A stretch of DNA of 28,588 nucleotides from Candidatus Thorarchaeota archaeon (GTDB taxonomy: Archaea; Asgardarchaeota; Thorarchaeia; Thorarchaeales; Thorarchaeaceae): assembly GCA_016839605.1 (NCBI GenBank), contig JAEOTX010000211.1, positions 1 to 28,588 of the forward strand. Reading direction: 5' to 3'. This document shows, one piece after another, positions 17,087 to 26,653 of this stretch; within the stretch, counting starts at the first letter, position 1, and the number at the start of each line of letters is the position of its first letter. A model generated the notes under the pieces. The model saw only the letters and a list, made by a program, of their open reading frames with translations, was not told where the DNA came from and made no database searches. The position numbers and the translations under genes were made by a program.

Positions 17087-18931
17087 TTAGAGTAAGAATG
17101 TAAGCAGCAAGGCAATCAGAAACGATGCTGCACCAACACGGATTCCCACGCGTTTCGCTATCCCAGCAGCCTCAGCAATGTTTTGGGTGAGAATGTCGAA
17201 CCCTCTCTCACCGAAAGTACATAGATTCTTGACCTCGCCGAAACCAAGCCCCATCCTTACTGGAGAAACGTTCTCACGAGCCTTGTTAGCGGCGATTATG
17301 ATAGCTTCCATAATCTCCTGAGGTTTGTTTTGTCCTATCGGAGGATAGCCTCGACTTGAAAGTGAAATTGCATTCACCACATGTGTGTCTGTTGTCAAGA
17401 CTTCTGCATCATCGAATCCCTGTGTCATCAGAATTCGAATAGCTTCTTCCCGAAAGCCGGGTTCCATGTTGTTACCGTCAAGAGACAGCAAGACGACTTC
17501 GCGCTCTCCGCCATCCAGTACCAAAGCGGTCACACCACCGGGGCCCATTCCTTCATCCGGACGTATATCGTTGGGCACTACTCTGAAGACTCCAGCTGAT
17601 ACCTTCATTTTTGGATTCTTCACTGTGGAGAACACCGCACTAGAGACCGCACCAACGTATTCTCCAGCCTCAGGGTCTCCCGGCATCACCGAAACTGCTT
17701 CTCCATCGATGCAGTTGTGAGCATCAACAATAGACACCCTCTCAATTTCGGGCATCCGTTCCCTCACCATGTCAGCAGCAGCACGACCAACATCCAATGA
17801 AATATCATCAGTGAATTCAGGTGCGCTTGTGCTGATGGTGAGAACATCATTTCCTGCAAAGAGAGTCCAGACTTTGAACTTACCAAGGTCTGACCAATGA
17901 GGCCCAGACATAGTATCATGGACTAGTGTTTCACCAATTAGTCGGTCGATTTCTGCCATGACAATCGGGAAGTCCTTTTTCGAGGTGAGGTTCTGTTGAT
18001 GAGTACAGCTTCCATGCATAACGAAGGCTGGCACTCCATGCGTCTGCTCAATGTGTTCCATAATAGCTGAAGGGAGACCGCTACTTCCAATCTGTCGAAA
18101 AGGTCCAGGATGTACGTATTCAACAACTCCTACCGCAACGAGACCTGCATCGTTCTTGATAACGAGAATCTCAATTGGAATGTCCTGCATCTCTCCGATC
18201 TTTGATAGAGTTGCTTCCATGGGTTCAGAATTGTTGGTGAGATAGTCATACCCGAATGCTCGTAGGAGTTCTGGTCCATTGATGTTGAGGTCTCTTTCAA
18301 ATGGGACGCTCACTGCGCGAAAGATGTAGTTGACTGCTAAGGATAACATGAGAAACATGAAAACTGCCGCTAATAACCACAAAGTGGGTAAGACATAGAT
18401 CGCTCCTCCAAATCCTCCCAGCGCAAAAACCATCAGATACCATAAAGCTGGTATCATCATTGCAGCGATGAAGTTTCGAACTGGATGATAGTCACTCAGC
18501 CCTGTCACAAGGAATGCAAAGAGCATGTATGCTGCGCCAAGTCCCAGTATCCAGAAGCGCACCTCGTAGAAGGTACTGCTGGTCAAGAAGCTGAGAACAC
18601 TACCGATTACTCCAAACACCACCCAGAAGAAGATACCAAATTGGACAGAACCTGCTGTCCTTCTAGCATCAAGAGGTGATCCTTCCTTCCTAACAACCAA
18701 GTAGAGCAGTCCAGTTCCAGCTAATGATGGAATGGCGAGGACAAGGATTGAGATAGAAACTGTGGCAATAATGTCGATTCCTGGTGTGGATTCAATCCGA
18801 AGTGCTGCGGAGATGACTGCGCCTAGCAAGACAGCCACAAGAATTCTGGCAATGATTCCTCTATAGGTGGGTAGCTGCCAGACCTTAGAGTAAAGCCTCA
18901 CAGTTTCCTTGACCTTGGCCTTCTCGCCCAA
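17087..18931 (-). CDS. DUF2070 family membrane protein (predicted ceramidase-like hydrolase)
   Basis: N-terminal TM bundle, then HPGPF..IGSS, HG.CTH, DAHN, DGNN and TTDTH motifs. Start moved to TTG 18931 to avoid the PadR promoter. Confidence 0.88.
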   Translation of the reverse strand: MGEKAKVKETVRLYSKVWQLPTYRGIIARILVAVLLGAVISAALRIESTPGIDIIATVSISILVLAIPSLAGTGLLYLVVRKEGSPLDARRTAGSVQFGIFFWVVFGVIGSVLSFLTSSTFYEVRFWILGLGAAYMLFAFLVTGLSDYHPVRNFIAAMMIPALWYLMVFALGGFGGAIYVLPTLWLLAAVFMFLMLSLAVNYIFRAVSVPFERDLNINGPELLRAFGYDYLTNNSEPMEATLSKIGEMQDIPIEILVIKNDAGLVAVGVVEYVHPGPFRQIGSSGLPSAIMEHIEQTHGVPAFVMHGSCTHQQNLTSKKDFPIVMAEIDRLIGETLVHDTMSGPHWSDLGKFKVWTLFAGNDVLTISTSAPEFTDDISLDVGRAAADMVRERMPEIERVSIVDAHNCIDGEAVSVMPGDPEAGEYVGAVSSAVFSTVKNPKMKVSAGVFRVVPNDIRPDEGMGPGGVTALVLDGGEREVVLLSLDGNNMEPGFREEAIRILMTQGFDDAEVLTTDTHVVNAISLSSRGYPPIGQNKPQEIMEAIIIAANKARENVSPVRMGLGFGEVKNLCTFGERGFDILTQNIAEAAGIAKRVGIRVGAASFLIALLLTFLL

Positions 18932-19020
18932 AGTTAATCCATCCTGTTCCCTAGCACCTCGGTCAAAACCTCTCTTATCAACGTTATCGAAGTACAGGTG
19001 TATCACGCCGGAACAATAAC

Positions 19021-19075
19021 CTTTATATCGCATTCGATAATCGCATTCGATATTAGACTATTATCATATTCGATA
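19021..19075 (+). promoter_or_regulatory. TATA-like box overlapped by three TATCG-N4-CGATA-type inverted repeats (candidate PadR operators)
   Basis: TATCGcattCGATA (19026-19039), AATCGcattCGATA (19039-19052) and TATCAtattCGATA (19062-19075); CTTTATAT at 19021. Confidence 0.7.
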
Positions 19076-19090
19076 TTGGGCGTGCCTATT

Positions 19091-19633
19091 TTGCAGAAAC
19101 CTGGAACTCATGATCCTGATTGCGAGCCTATCAAGATGCCCCATTCCATCCCGCGGGGGCTCTTGAAACACGTGATTATCCGAATGCTTCACTCAAGGGA
19201 CATGACTGGGACTGACATCATGAAAATCATGGATGAACGGACCGAGGGTCATTGGCGGCCAAGTCCTGGCTCCATCTACCCGCTTCTTTCGCAGCTGGAG
19301 GAGGAAGGCATTATTGAGGCTGTCAAGACTGAAGGAAGAAGCAAGACATACAGCCTCTCCAAAGACGGTCGTGCCCGGATAAATGAAATCCTTCACAAGC
19401 GGGGTGATGTTGAACACAAGGCACGACTCAACCGAATGATGCTATTACAGCTCCTAGAACCCTATGACCGAGTTCACTTCCACATCAGTGGAATCAACCA
19501 TGCGATTGACCACATAACTGATGCAATTGAAAAACTAACTGCATCAGAGAGGCGTAAAGTTGGCACACGGTTGACGAAGACATCAAAGAGATTAGACACG
19601 CTTTTGGAGCGAATTGAGCAAGAGGAAACATAG
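19091..19633 (+). CDS. PadR family transcription regulator
   Basis: RGLLK..I..ML....MTG.DIM...WRPSPGSIYPLLSQLEEEG...YSLS..G. Start is TTG 19091 or ATG 19136. Confidence 0.92.
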   Translation: MQKPGTHDPDCEPIKMPHSIPRGLLKHVIIRMLHSRDMTGTDIMKIMDERTEGHWRPSPGSIYPLLSQLEEEGIIEAVKTEGRSKTYSLSKDGRARINEILHKRGDVEHKARLNRMMLLQLLEPYDRVHFHISGINHAIDHITDAIEKLTASERRKVGTRLTKTSKRLDTLLERIEQEET

Positions 19634-19634
19634 A

Positions 19635-21488
19635 ATGGCTAACGAAAACAACAACAAGACAGGCCGCGGGGCGGCGATGCGATACATGCTGGGAGGTCTT
19701 GCGAGACATCCTGGAGCAATTACATTCGCTTTGATACTCACAGTAATTTCAACACTGCTTGTAACAATACCTAGCGTCATCATTGGAATTGCAATTGATG
19801 AGCTGGAACTCTCTGGTCTCAGTGCGCAGTTTACATTCCTCGTGTGGCTCATTGTTATCTTTGGCTTAGTCTACATGGCAATGTACTTCATAGTAGGCTA
19901 TGTCTGGGCAGTTGTCACTCTGAGGTGGGAACGAGACTCAAGGCAGGAGTTCTTTGAGGAGCTCCAAGACTTCAGCATGACCTTCCACGATGAGGTTGAC
20001 AGTAAACGATTACTCTCAGTGGCAATGCAAGATATTAGTTGGGTGCGATTCTCCTTGAATCCTGCCCTGCGGAATCTAATCGCGAGCCTCATCTCCTTTG
20101 GCATCACTGGCATATTCCTTGTTCTAGTGGACCAGACCGCTGGTCTGACTGGCTTAGTCACAGTATTTGGCTATCCGATTCCTGTACTCACCACAATCAT
20201 GCTGATTGGGACCCCCATCTATCTGGTCTTTGCCTATCGATATGCTAACGCCGTTGAGCCAGTCCGTAGGCAGCGTGCTGAGGACATGGAGAAGCTCACT
20301 TCAATTTCACAGGGAGTCTTCCAGGGCATCGAGGTGGTGCGGGCATTCGGTTCAGAAGATCATGAACAGGAGAAGTTCCATGAAGCTAGCAAGGCATACG
20401 AAAAGATGGTTGCTCGAGAGGGACAGCTAGCCGCCTTCTACATTCCTGCACTGGTCCTGACTGGAATGACTACTCTGGCATTTGCCTACGTTGGTTATGC
20501 TGTATTGTCCGGTTTACTCACCAATGGTGCTATGATCATGGTCCTCGGTCTGCTGCTTGCATTGGAAGGCTTGAATTACCATTTGCCAATGATGCTGCTA
20601 ATGCTGCGTGGCGGCTATGTGAATGCTCAGCGTATCGTCGACATCCTCAACTGGGAAGATCCATTGGAAGAGCCATCTGAAGAGGCATCACAAGTTGATT
20701 GGTTAGGTGACATTCTATTCGATAATGTCAGCTTTGCTTACAATACAAACAATGGAAAAACGGAGCATTATGCTCTGAAGGACTTTAAAATCACAATTCC
20801 TGGCGGATCCAGAGTAGCTCTAATTGGGGGGCCTGGAGGCGGCAAGAGCACTATTCTCAAGCTACTCCTGAGGCTTTATGATCCCACCGAAGGCTCAGTC
20901 AGTGTAGGGGGTGTGGATCTCAAGAATGTGACAACAAAACATGTCAGAGATATGGTTGGACTGGTTGAACAGGACATCTTTCTATTCAGGATGAGTGTTC
21001 GTGACAACATTGCGTTTGGGAGGACCGATGCCTCAGACTTAGAAGTGATAGAGGCCGCTCGCCGTGCTCAAGCAGATGAGTTCATTGTAGAAATGGAAGA
21101 TGGCTATGACGCAAAGATTGGTGAACGAGGGATGACTCTTAGTGGTGGTCAACGACAACGACTGGCAATCGCACGAGCGCTTATTCAGGACCCGAAGATT
21201 CTACTTCTGGACGACTCAGTGAGTGCAGTTGATGCCCAGACTGAGTTCTTGATGAGAAAGGCATTAGAAGAAGTCATGGTTGGACGAACAAGCATCACTG
21301 TCACTCAACGACTTCGCACACTTCTTGAGTCCGATTTGATTCTCATTGTGGATAAAGGGCAGCTGATTGCTGCAGGCACTCATGAAGAACTCCTTAGAGA
21401 ATCAGAACAATATCAACGCATCTTTGAGCGTCTGCCAGGAGCAAGATCGCTTCTTGATAGTATGTCTGTTCAGGGAGGTGCTGTGTGA
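19635..21488 (+). CDS. Heterodimeric ABC exporter subunit (TMD+NBD, degenerate Walker B/switch)
   Basis: 6 TM; Walker A GGPGGGKST; LSGGQRQR; Walker B LLLDDS (E->D); switch ITVTQR (H->Q). Confidence 0.93.
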   Translation: MANENNNKTGRGAAMRYMLGGLARHPGAITFALILTVISTLLVTIPSVIIGIAIDELELSGLSAQFTFLVWLIVIFGLVYMAMYFIVGYVWAVVTLRWERDSRQEFFEELQDFSMTFHDEVDSKRLLSVAMQDISWVRFSLNPALRNLIASLISFGITGIFLVLVDQTAGLTGLVTVFGYPIPVLTTIMLIGTPIYLVFAYRYANAVEPVRRQRAEDMEKLTSISQGVFQGIEVVRAFGSEDHEQEKFHEASKAYEKMVAREGQLAAFYIPALVLTGMTTLAFAYVGYAVLSGLLTNGAMIMVLGLLLALEGLNYHLPMMLLMLRGGYVNAQRIVDILNWEDPLEEPSEEASQVDWLGDILFDNVSFAYNTNNGKTEHYALKDFKITIPGGSRVALIGGPGGGKSTILKLLLRLYDPTEGSVSVGGVDLKNVTTKHVRDMVGLVEQDIFLFRMSVRDNIAFGRTDASDLEVIEAARRAQADEFIVEMEDGYDAKIGERGMTLSGGQRQRLAIARALIQDPKILLLDDSVSAVDAQTEFLMRKALEEVMVGRTSITVTQRLRTLLESDLILIVDKGQLIAAGTHEELLRESEQYQRIFERLPGARSLLDSMSVQGGAV

Positions 21489-23629
21489 TGGGAATGAGAG
21501 GTCATGGAGGTCCAAGGAGAATGATGGGTGGAAAAGAGAAGAGGAGCCGCCCAATCCGTGTCCTACTTGGTCGGATGATTCACTACCTTGGTCGGTTCAG
21601 GCGTATTGTCGCAATTGGTGCAGTTTTGTCCATTCTGGCTACAGCAGTCGCAGTATTTGATCCCCTTGTTCTATCAATAGGCATAGATGCGATTGAATAT
21701 GGCAATCCTGCATCTTACAACATCCTCTTGCTCTTGATAGGAATATACATTGTTATGAGAATCACGAGTTGGGGATTGTCAAGTGGGAATACTTGGATTC
21801 TCGCCAATGCGCAAGCAGGTTTTGTGCAGAACATCCAGGAGGATGTCTATTCCCATCTAGTGAGAGCTGACCTCTCCTACCACAAAGCTGAGCAGAGTGG
21901 CAATGTTACATCAAGAGTCACATCAGATACGGTATCGCTTGGAACAGGCATTCAGGTTATGATTAGCTTTGCAAGTCAAGCTCTGATGCTGGTCGCTACA
22001 TTCTTGCTTCTGTTCTTCACATCACAGGTGCTAGCGCTAACATCCCTAATTGTGATACCTGGAGTTGTCCTAATCGCGGTTCTTTTCGGTACAGTGGGTC
22101 AAAGAATCATGTTAGCGTCACAGCGAGCAGCAGGTGAAGTCTCTGGACAGATTGCGGAGAACCTGAGTGGCATTCATGTCGCGAAGGCATTCAATCGAGA
22201 AAAGGAACTCGCTGATGAGATGATGGAGCTCAATCAGAAATCATACAAATTTGGCTTCCGATTTATGATTCTAATGAGTGCCATGCAACCCCTTGTGAGA
22301 AGCATAGGTCAGTTTGCGGTAGCGGCGCTGCTGTTTGTTGGGGGTTCATTGGCTGCTGGCACTCTGCCTGTTCTGACAATTGGGGAGGTATTTCTTGGAA
22401 TAATGCTCGTCAGCCGTTTCATGTGGCCTCTCCTATCGCTGGCTATGATGTCATCGCAAGTGCAGGCTTCACTAGCAGCCATGGATCGTCTCTACGATGT
22501 GCTAGAGTCAAGGCGAGCTATAGATGACCTTGAATATGCCACGCCCCTTCTGGAAACAAATGATGGCATCACCTTTGACAATGTCACCTTTGAGTATGTG
22601 AAGGACACACCTGTACTGAAGAACATCGACCTCAAGATGGAGGCAGGGAAGACTATTGCTGTGGTTGGGCATACTGGAGCGGGAAAGACAACTTTGGCTG
22701 CTTTGATCAACAGGTTCTATGACCCTCAAGAGGGCAATATCCTGATAGGTGATCAAGATCTAAGAGAGATCACTTTAGACTCTCTTCATGGCACAGTAGC
22801 CCTCATACCTCAAGAACCGTATCTCTTCGATGCTTCAGTAATGGAGAATATCCGCTATGGTCGAGCCGATGCCAAAGATGAAGAGATTAAGGAACTATGC
22901 GGCCTAATCGGAGCCAATGACTTCATTGAGGTCTTGGCTGATGGTTATGACACATGTATCATAGAGAATGGGAAGAACCTTAGTGCTGGGCAAAGACAGA
23001 TGATCACAATTGCTCGAACGATGCTTGCTAATCCTCGCATTCTAATCCTTGATGAAGCCACTAGCAGACTTGATGCATACAGCGAGTCGCTTGTTCAGGA
23101 TGCCCAAGCAATGCTGTTCTCAGATAGAACTACCGTTGTCATCGCACATCGGCTCACTACTATTGCTAATGCTTCAAGAATCATAGTGTTTGAGGATGGT
23201 GAGATCATTGAGGATGGCACACACGAGGAACTCTTGGCTCTTAATGGCACCTTCAAGTCACTCTATGAAACATACTATGCTCACCAAGGATTTGAGGAAC
23301 TCACTGAGGAAACAGCACGTGTTGCTGGAGAGGAGGTCTCTAAGATAGGCGGTGAGTCTGCCCTTGGGTCACCTCAACCAAGCGGTGGAATGGGCATGAT
23401 GGGTATGATGGGCGGTGGAGGACCACACGGGATGCCCGGTGGACATGGAGGGATGCCTCGTGGAGGAATGGGCCCGCCAGCTGAAATGATGAAGAAGCTG
23501 CTCGAAAATCCTGAAGACATCCCACCCCCGATGCGCGGTCATCTGATTGAGAGGCTTGAACAATCTGACGACCCCGAGATGCAGGAGCTCCTACGAAAAT
23601 TGAAGAATCTCGAAAAGAAAGCTGAATAG
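21485..23629 (+). CDS. Heterodimeric ABC exporter subunit (consensus catalytic NBD) with Gly/Met/Pro-rich tails
   Basis: GHTGAGKTT, LSAGQRQ, ILDEAT, IAHRL. Start overlaps the partner's stop. Confidence 0.93.
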   Translation: MMGMRGHGGPRRMMGGKEKRSRPIRVLLGRMIHYLGRFRRIVAIGAVLSILATAVAVFDPLVLSIGIDAIEYGNPASYNILLLLIGIYIVMRITSWGLSSGNTWILANAQAGFVQNIQEDVYSHLVRADLSYHKAEQSGNVTSRVTSDTVSLGTGIQVMISFASQALMLVATFLLLFFTSQVLALTSLIVIPGVVLIAVLFGTVGQRIMLASQRAAGEVSGQIAENLSGIHVAKAFNREKELADEMMELNQKSYKFGFRFMILMSAMQPLVRSIGQFAVAALLFVGGSLAAGTLPVLTIGEVFLGIMLVSRFMWPLLSLAMMSSQVQASLAAMDRLYDVLESRRAIDDLEYATPLLETNDGITFDNVTFEYVKDTPVLKNIDLKMEAGKTIAVVGHTGAGKTTLAALINRFYDPQEGNILIGDQDLREITLDSLHGTVALIPQEPYLFDASVMENIRYGRADAKDEEIKELCGLIGANDFIEVLADGYDTCIIENGKNLSAGQRQMITIARTMLANPRILILDEATSRLDAYSESLVQDAQAMLFSDRTTVVIAHRLTTIANASRIIVFEDGEIIEDGTHEELLALNGTFKSLYETYYAHQGFEELTEETARVAGEEVSKIGGESALGSPQPSGGMGMMGMMGGGGPHGMPGGHGGMPRGGMGPPAEMMKKLLENPEDIPPPMRGHLIERLEQSDDPEMQELLRKLKNLEKKAE

Positions 23630-23632
23630 TAT

Positions 23633-24424
23633 TCAGGCGACCTCTATTGCTTTGGCAGAAGTGAGTGCCATGCCTAGAATGATATAGGCTTCTGTTCTCA
23701 CAAGCTGTCCTAGAGGCTCAATTGGAGAGAGTCCCACACAACACCACAGCACGATCTGCATTGTGAGGATCAATATCGCGATGAATGCTAGTCCTATGGG
23801 GCGCGCTAATCTCCCTCCTCGAAAGACGATAACCACATATCCAAGAGCCAGGGCTATCACGCCCATCCCAATTGCTAGTGGTGAGGTTGTAAGAACCTCA
23901 AGTGGGCTTCTAGCCGGGTTTAGGAGCAGTACCAGGGTGGCTAGAATAAGCATCGCAGCAGTCGGAACTACTATCATTGTCCCGACAAGTCTTCGATCAT
24001 CCGTTGTTTCAAGAACCGAGTTTGAAGCTCTTAGGTATCCAAGAACACCCATTGCCCAAAGAATCAGACCTGGCATCTGAATTAGACTCACTGTGAAGAG
24101 ATACGCTTCACTGCCTTCCTGACTTGCTAAAAGGCTAGCAGCTACTTCGGATATGGCATATAGAACGAGTCCAAGAGAGAAGAAGAGGTTCATCAGGTGA
24201 AATCTGTCCTCTCGTCTGAAGTCTTCCCTACCGAATATGACTAGTCCGATGAATCCCATTATGAGAGCTGATAACGGTGCTGATGACAATCCTAGTGCCG
24301 CTAAAGCCGGTTGTTCATCGTAAATCCAGGCAATCGAACCAAGCACGAGAATAACAATTGCACTGAACAAGAATGCAAATGTCAAGTATCTTTCTCGAGA
24401 TGACACGATCGAGTTGCTCTCCAC
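23633..24424 (-). CDS. Multi-pass (7-8 TM) membrane protein, possible sensor
   Basis: Continuous series of hydrophobic helices with no soluble domain. GTG 24424 is preferred over 24526; start uncertain. Confidence 0.7.
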   Translation of the reverse strand: MESNSIVSSRERYLTFAFLFSAIVILVLGSIAWIYDEQPALAALGLSSAPLSALIMGFIGLVIFGREDFRREDRFHLMNLFFSLGLVLYAISEVAASLLASQEGSEAYLFTVSLIQMPGLILWAMGVLGYLRASNSVLETTDDRRLVGTMIVVPTAAMLILATLVLLLNPARSPLEVLTTSPLAIGMGVIALALGYVVIVFRGGRLARPIGLAFIAILILTMQIVLWCCVGLSPIEPLGQLVRTEAYIILGMALTSAKAIEVA

Positions 24425-24501
24425 GCAAATGCAGACATGAAGTCGTATAATCCTCGATTTGATTGTTTTCCTTATCAATGAGTTCCCGACATGTATGCTG
24501 G

Positions 24502-25713
24502 CTAGGATACCTGAAAGGTTTCCCAATGGATGTCAAAAGCAGTACTTGGGAATTGCCTCTCAATGTAGGTTCGGGCGCCAGTCAAAATTGTATTCACAGG
24601 ATTTGATCCCATAAGGGTACTCATCCTTCTAGTATACTCTTGAAAGAGCTCTCGAAATCCTCCACTGAGAGTTTCAGGAGTTATACTTCCTTTTACTGTG
24701 GCGGACACAAGAGAGGTCTTAATCTCAACATCAACCCCTTCCTCTAATCCAACAAATGCCAGCCATGGAAGTTCTGTGATTAATTTCTCTTTGGAGCTGA
24801 AGAACATGCTCCTCGCAGGCTTTATTCCAAGGATTTTGGCACACCTATTCAGGGTTTCTTGTAATGCTGCTGTATACAATACAGTTGTTGCTTGAGCTGG
24901 AGATACCAATTCAACTGCTTTTCGTTGGGCCAGAACGGCAATCTCGTCGAGAAACTGCTTGAGATCAGATGTCTTGACACGTTCTGCAGCAATAGACAGG
25001 GGGGTCTCTCCATCTAGTTCTGGTAGTACTTTCGCAGTGTCTTCGGAAATACCATCCACCGTTTCAGTTGGATGGATGAGGGTCGTTGCTTGGTAGATGT
25101 CATCTGGCATCGCTGACTGCGAGATCGTAACTGCCTTCTCCCAGAAAGCTTCAGCTGCTAAGTTCATAGCCAATTCAACAGGCACTTCGAGGAACATGGC
25201 AGCTTCCTCGACTGTACAAATTTCGGGGATGAGTTTGAGAAATGAAACGACATCCGCCTTCTGTGTGTAGAACTCCCAATCTCTTCTGATATACATCGTT
25301 GTTTGCGGGACGATTTGACCGCGCACAAACTCCTCTATCACGTTACGTTCAAATCTTGTATATACTGCCAGGTCAAGGTCAACCCATCTCAGCAATCCAA
25401 ACTGGTCCTCAAACGCATAAATAAGACGCTTGAGTTTTTCCCGAATAATCTCCGTGTCTTCTGTGATAGAAATGGCTCCCAGCGTCCACTCGCCAAACTC
25501 AACTATGATTCTATTGTTCGTACCTTCAAAGGCTCTAGCTCTAGACGTCACTGATCGTGTTGCCTCATCAAAGAAAGATGTCATTGCGACGAGAAATGAT
25601 GATAGCAGGTCTGGGTCGAACTCAGGCTCCGCGAAATCGTGGTGATACATACACACACCCGTATCGCGTCTGATGATGTATAGACTCTCTATCTGCATCA
25701 ATCGTTTCCTCAT
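24502..25713 (-). CDS. Longin-like domain protein with tandem winged-helix-like segments
   Basis: N-terminal IESLYII...G.CMYHHDF...DPDLLSSFLVAM.SF...beta-beta-beta...L..L...FE.QF longin pattern; then two 'LxxIxxxxTV/LxxxA' wHTH-like units and a helical C-terminal domain. Confidence 0.78.
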   Translation of the reverse strand: MRKRLMQIESLYIIRRDTGVCMYHHDFAEPEFDPDLLSSFLVAMTSFFDEATRSVTSRARAFEGTNNRIIVEFGEWTLGAISITEDTEIIREKLKRLIYAFEDQFGLLRWVDLDLAVYTRFERNVIEEFVRGQIVPQTTMYIRRDWEFYTQKADVVSFLKLIPEICTVEEAAMFLEVPVELAMNLAAEAFWEKAVTISQSAMPDDIYQATTLIHPTETVDGISEDTAKVLPELDGETPLSIAAERVKTSDLKQFLDEIAVLAQRKAVELVSPAQATTVLYTAALQETLNRCAKILGIKPARSMFFSSKEKLITELPWLAFVGLEEGVDVEIKTSLVSATVKGSITPETLSGGFRELFQEYTRRMSTLMGSNPVNTILTGARTYIERQFPSTAFDIHWETFQVS

Positions 25714-25859
25714 CCTATGTCTTGCCTGGCATACAAGCCCGCTATCCCTCGGCGCTTTCTGATGGACCTACCAGTCACTTTTTGAGGATTCTAGTGAAAC
25801 TGCTAGAGTCAGTATCACTATTCACTAGGACTATAAGGATATGAAAGTGGTGTGGATGT

Positions 25860-26471
25860 ATGACTCCAGACGAGTCTCTTGTCATTACCTGCCCGTCATG
25901 CGAAGAGAGTGAACTAGACATCAATTCCGTACTCTACAGTGTGCCATACTTCAATGAGCTAGCTTTGTTTACGATGACATGTCCGAACTGCAACTTCACG
26001 CATAATGACATCTTCTCAGCTGAACAGAGACCTCCAGGTCGATGGACTCTTAGAATTGACAACGAGGCTCTATTGAGAGTTCGCGTTGTCCGATCCGGTT
26101 CAGGTTCAATCAGGTTGCCAGATTTCGGCATTGATGTGGAGCCAGGTCCTGCAGCAGAGTCATTCATCACTAATGTTGAGGGTGTTTTGCTTCGCACACG
26201 ACCAGTTGTTGAAACCGCAATTCGCTTTGCGGAGACTGACTCAGAGAAGGACAGGGGGAATGAGATTCTGGAGATGATTGACAAAGCAATGAATGGAGAG
26301 CTGCCCTTCACGCTCATTATTGAGGATCCTATGGGCGTGAGTGGTATTCTTCCTGATGATCTCACTCTCGTGGAGCATATTCAACTGAGTCATGAGGAAG
26401 CATCCCAGCTGAGAGGTGCACCTGCGTGGATTGATAGCGCTCGTCAGGACTATACGGAGCGTAAGGGCTAA
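25860..26471 (+). CDS. ZPR1 zinc finger protein (archaeal single module)
   Basis: CPSC...VPYF....CPNC; VVRS; EPGPAAESFITNVEGVL; FTLIIEDPMG.S. Confidence 0.95.
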   Translation: MTPDESLVITCPSCEESELDINSVLYSVPYFNELALFTMTCPNCNFTHNDIFSAEQRPPGRWTLRIDNEALLRVRVVRSGSGSIRLPDFGIDVEPGPAAESFITNVEGVLLRTRPVVETAIRFAETDSEKDRGNEILEMIDKAMNGELPFTLIIEDPMGVSGILPDDLTLVEHIQLSHEEASQLRGAPAWIDSARQDYTERKG

Positions 26472-26503
26472 AAGGTCAGCCCTAGGTCTGAACAGTCAAC
26501 AGT

Positions 26504-26580
26504 GGGCCGATAGATCAGCCTGGCAGATCGTCTGGTTTGCATCCAGAAGGTCGCGAGTTCAAATCTCGCTCGGTCCACCA
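26504..26580 (+). tRNA. tRNA-Ala (UGC), CCA encoded
   Basis: Acceptor GGGCCGA/TCGGTCC with G3:U70; D stem GATC/GATC; anticodon stem TCTGG/CCAGA with loop TT-TGC-AT; T arm GCGAG-TTCAAAT-CTCGC; terminal ACCA. Confidence 0.97.
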
Positions 26581-26653
26581 TCATCTTTCATTTATGTGTG
26601 ATATTGAACAGGTTTTCAGAGTCATCACAAAATCCTACGAATTTGAGAACATG

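Noticed and set aside
18932-19090. Apparent overlap of the DUF2070 and PadR ORFs (19033/18998 starts)
   Set aside because: Artefact of longest-ORF calling; the region holds the promoter and operator repeats, and both genes have better downstream starts.
25791-25828. Inverted repeat CTAGTGAA-N22-TTCACTAG between the longin and ZPR1 genes
   Set aside because: Single 8-bp pair with a long spacer and no associated regulator; could be chance.
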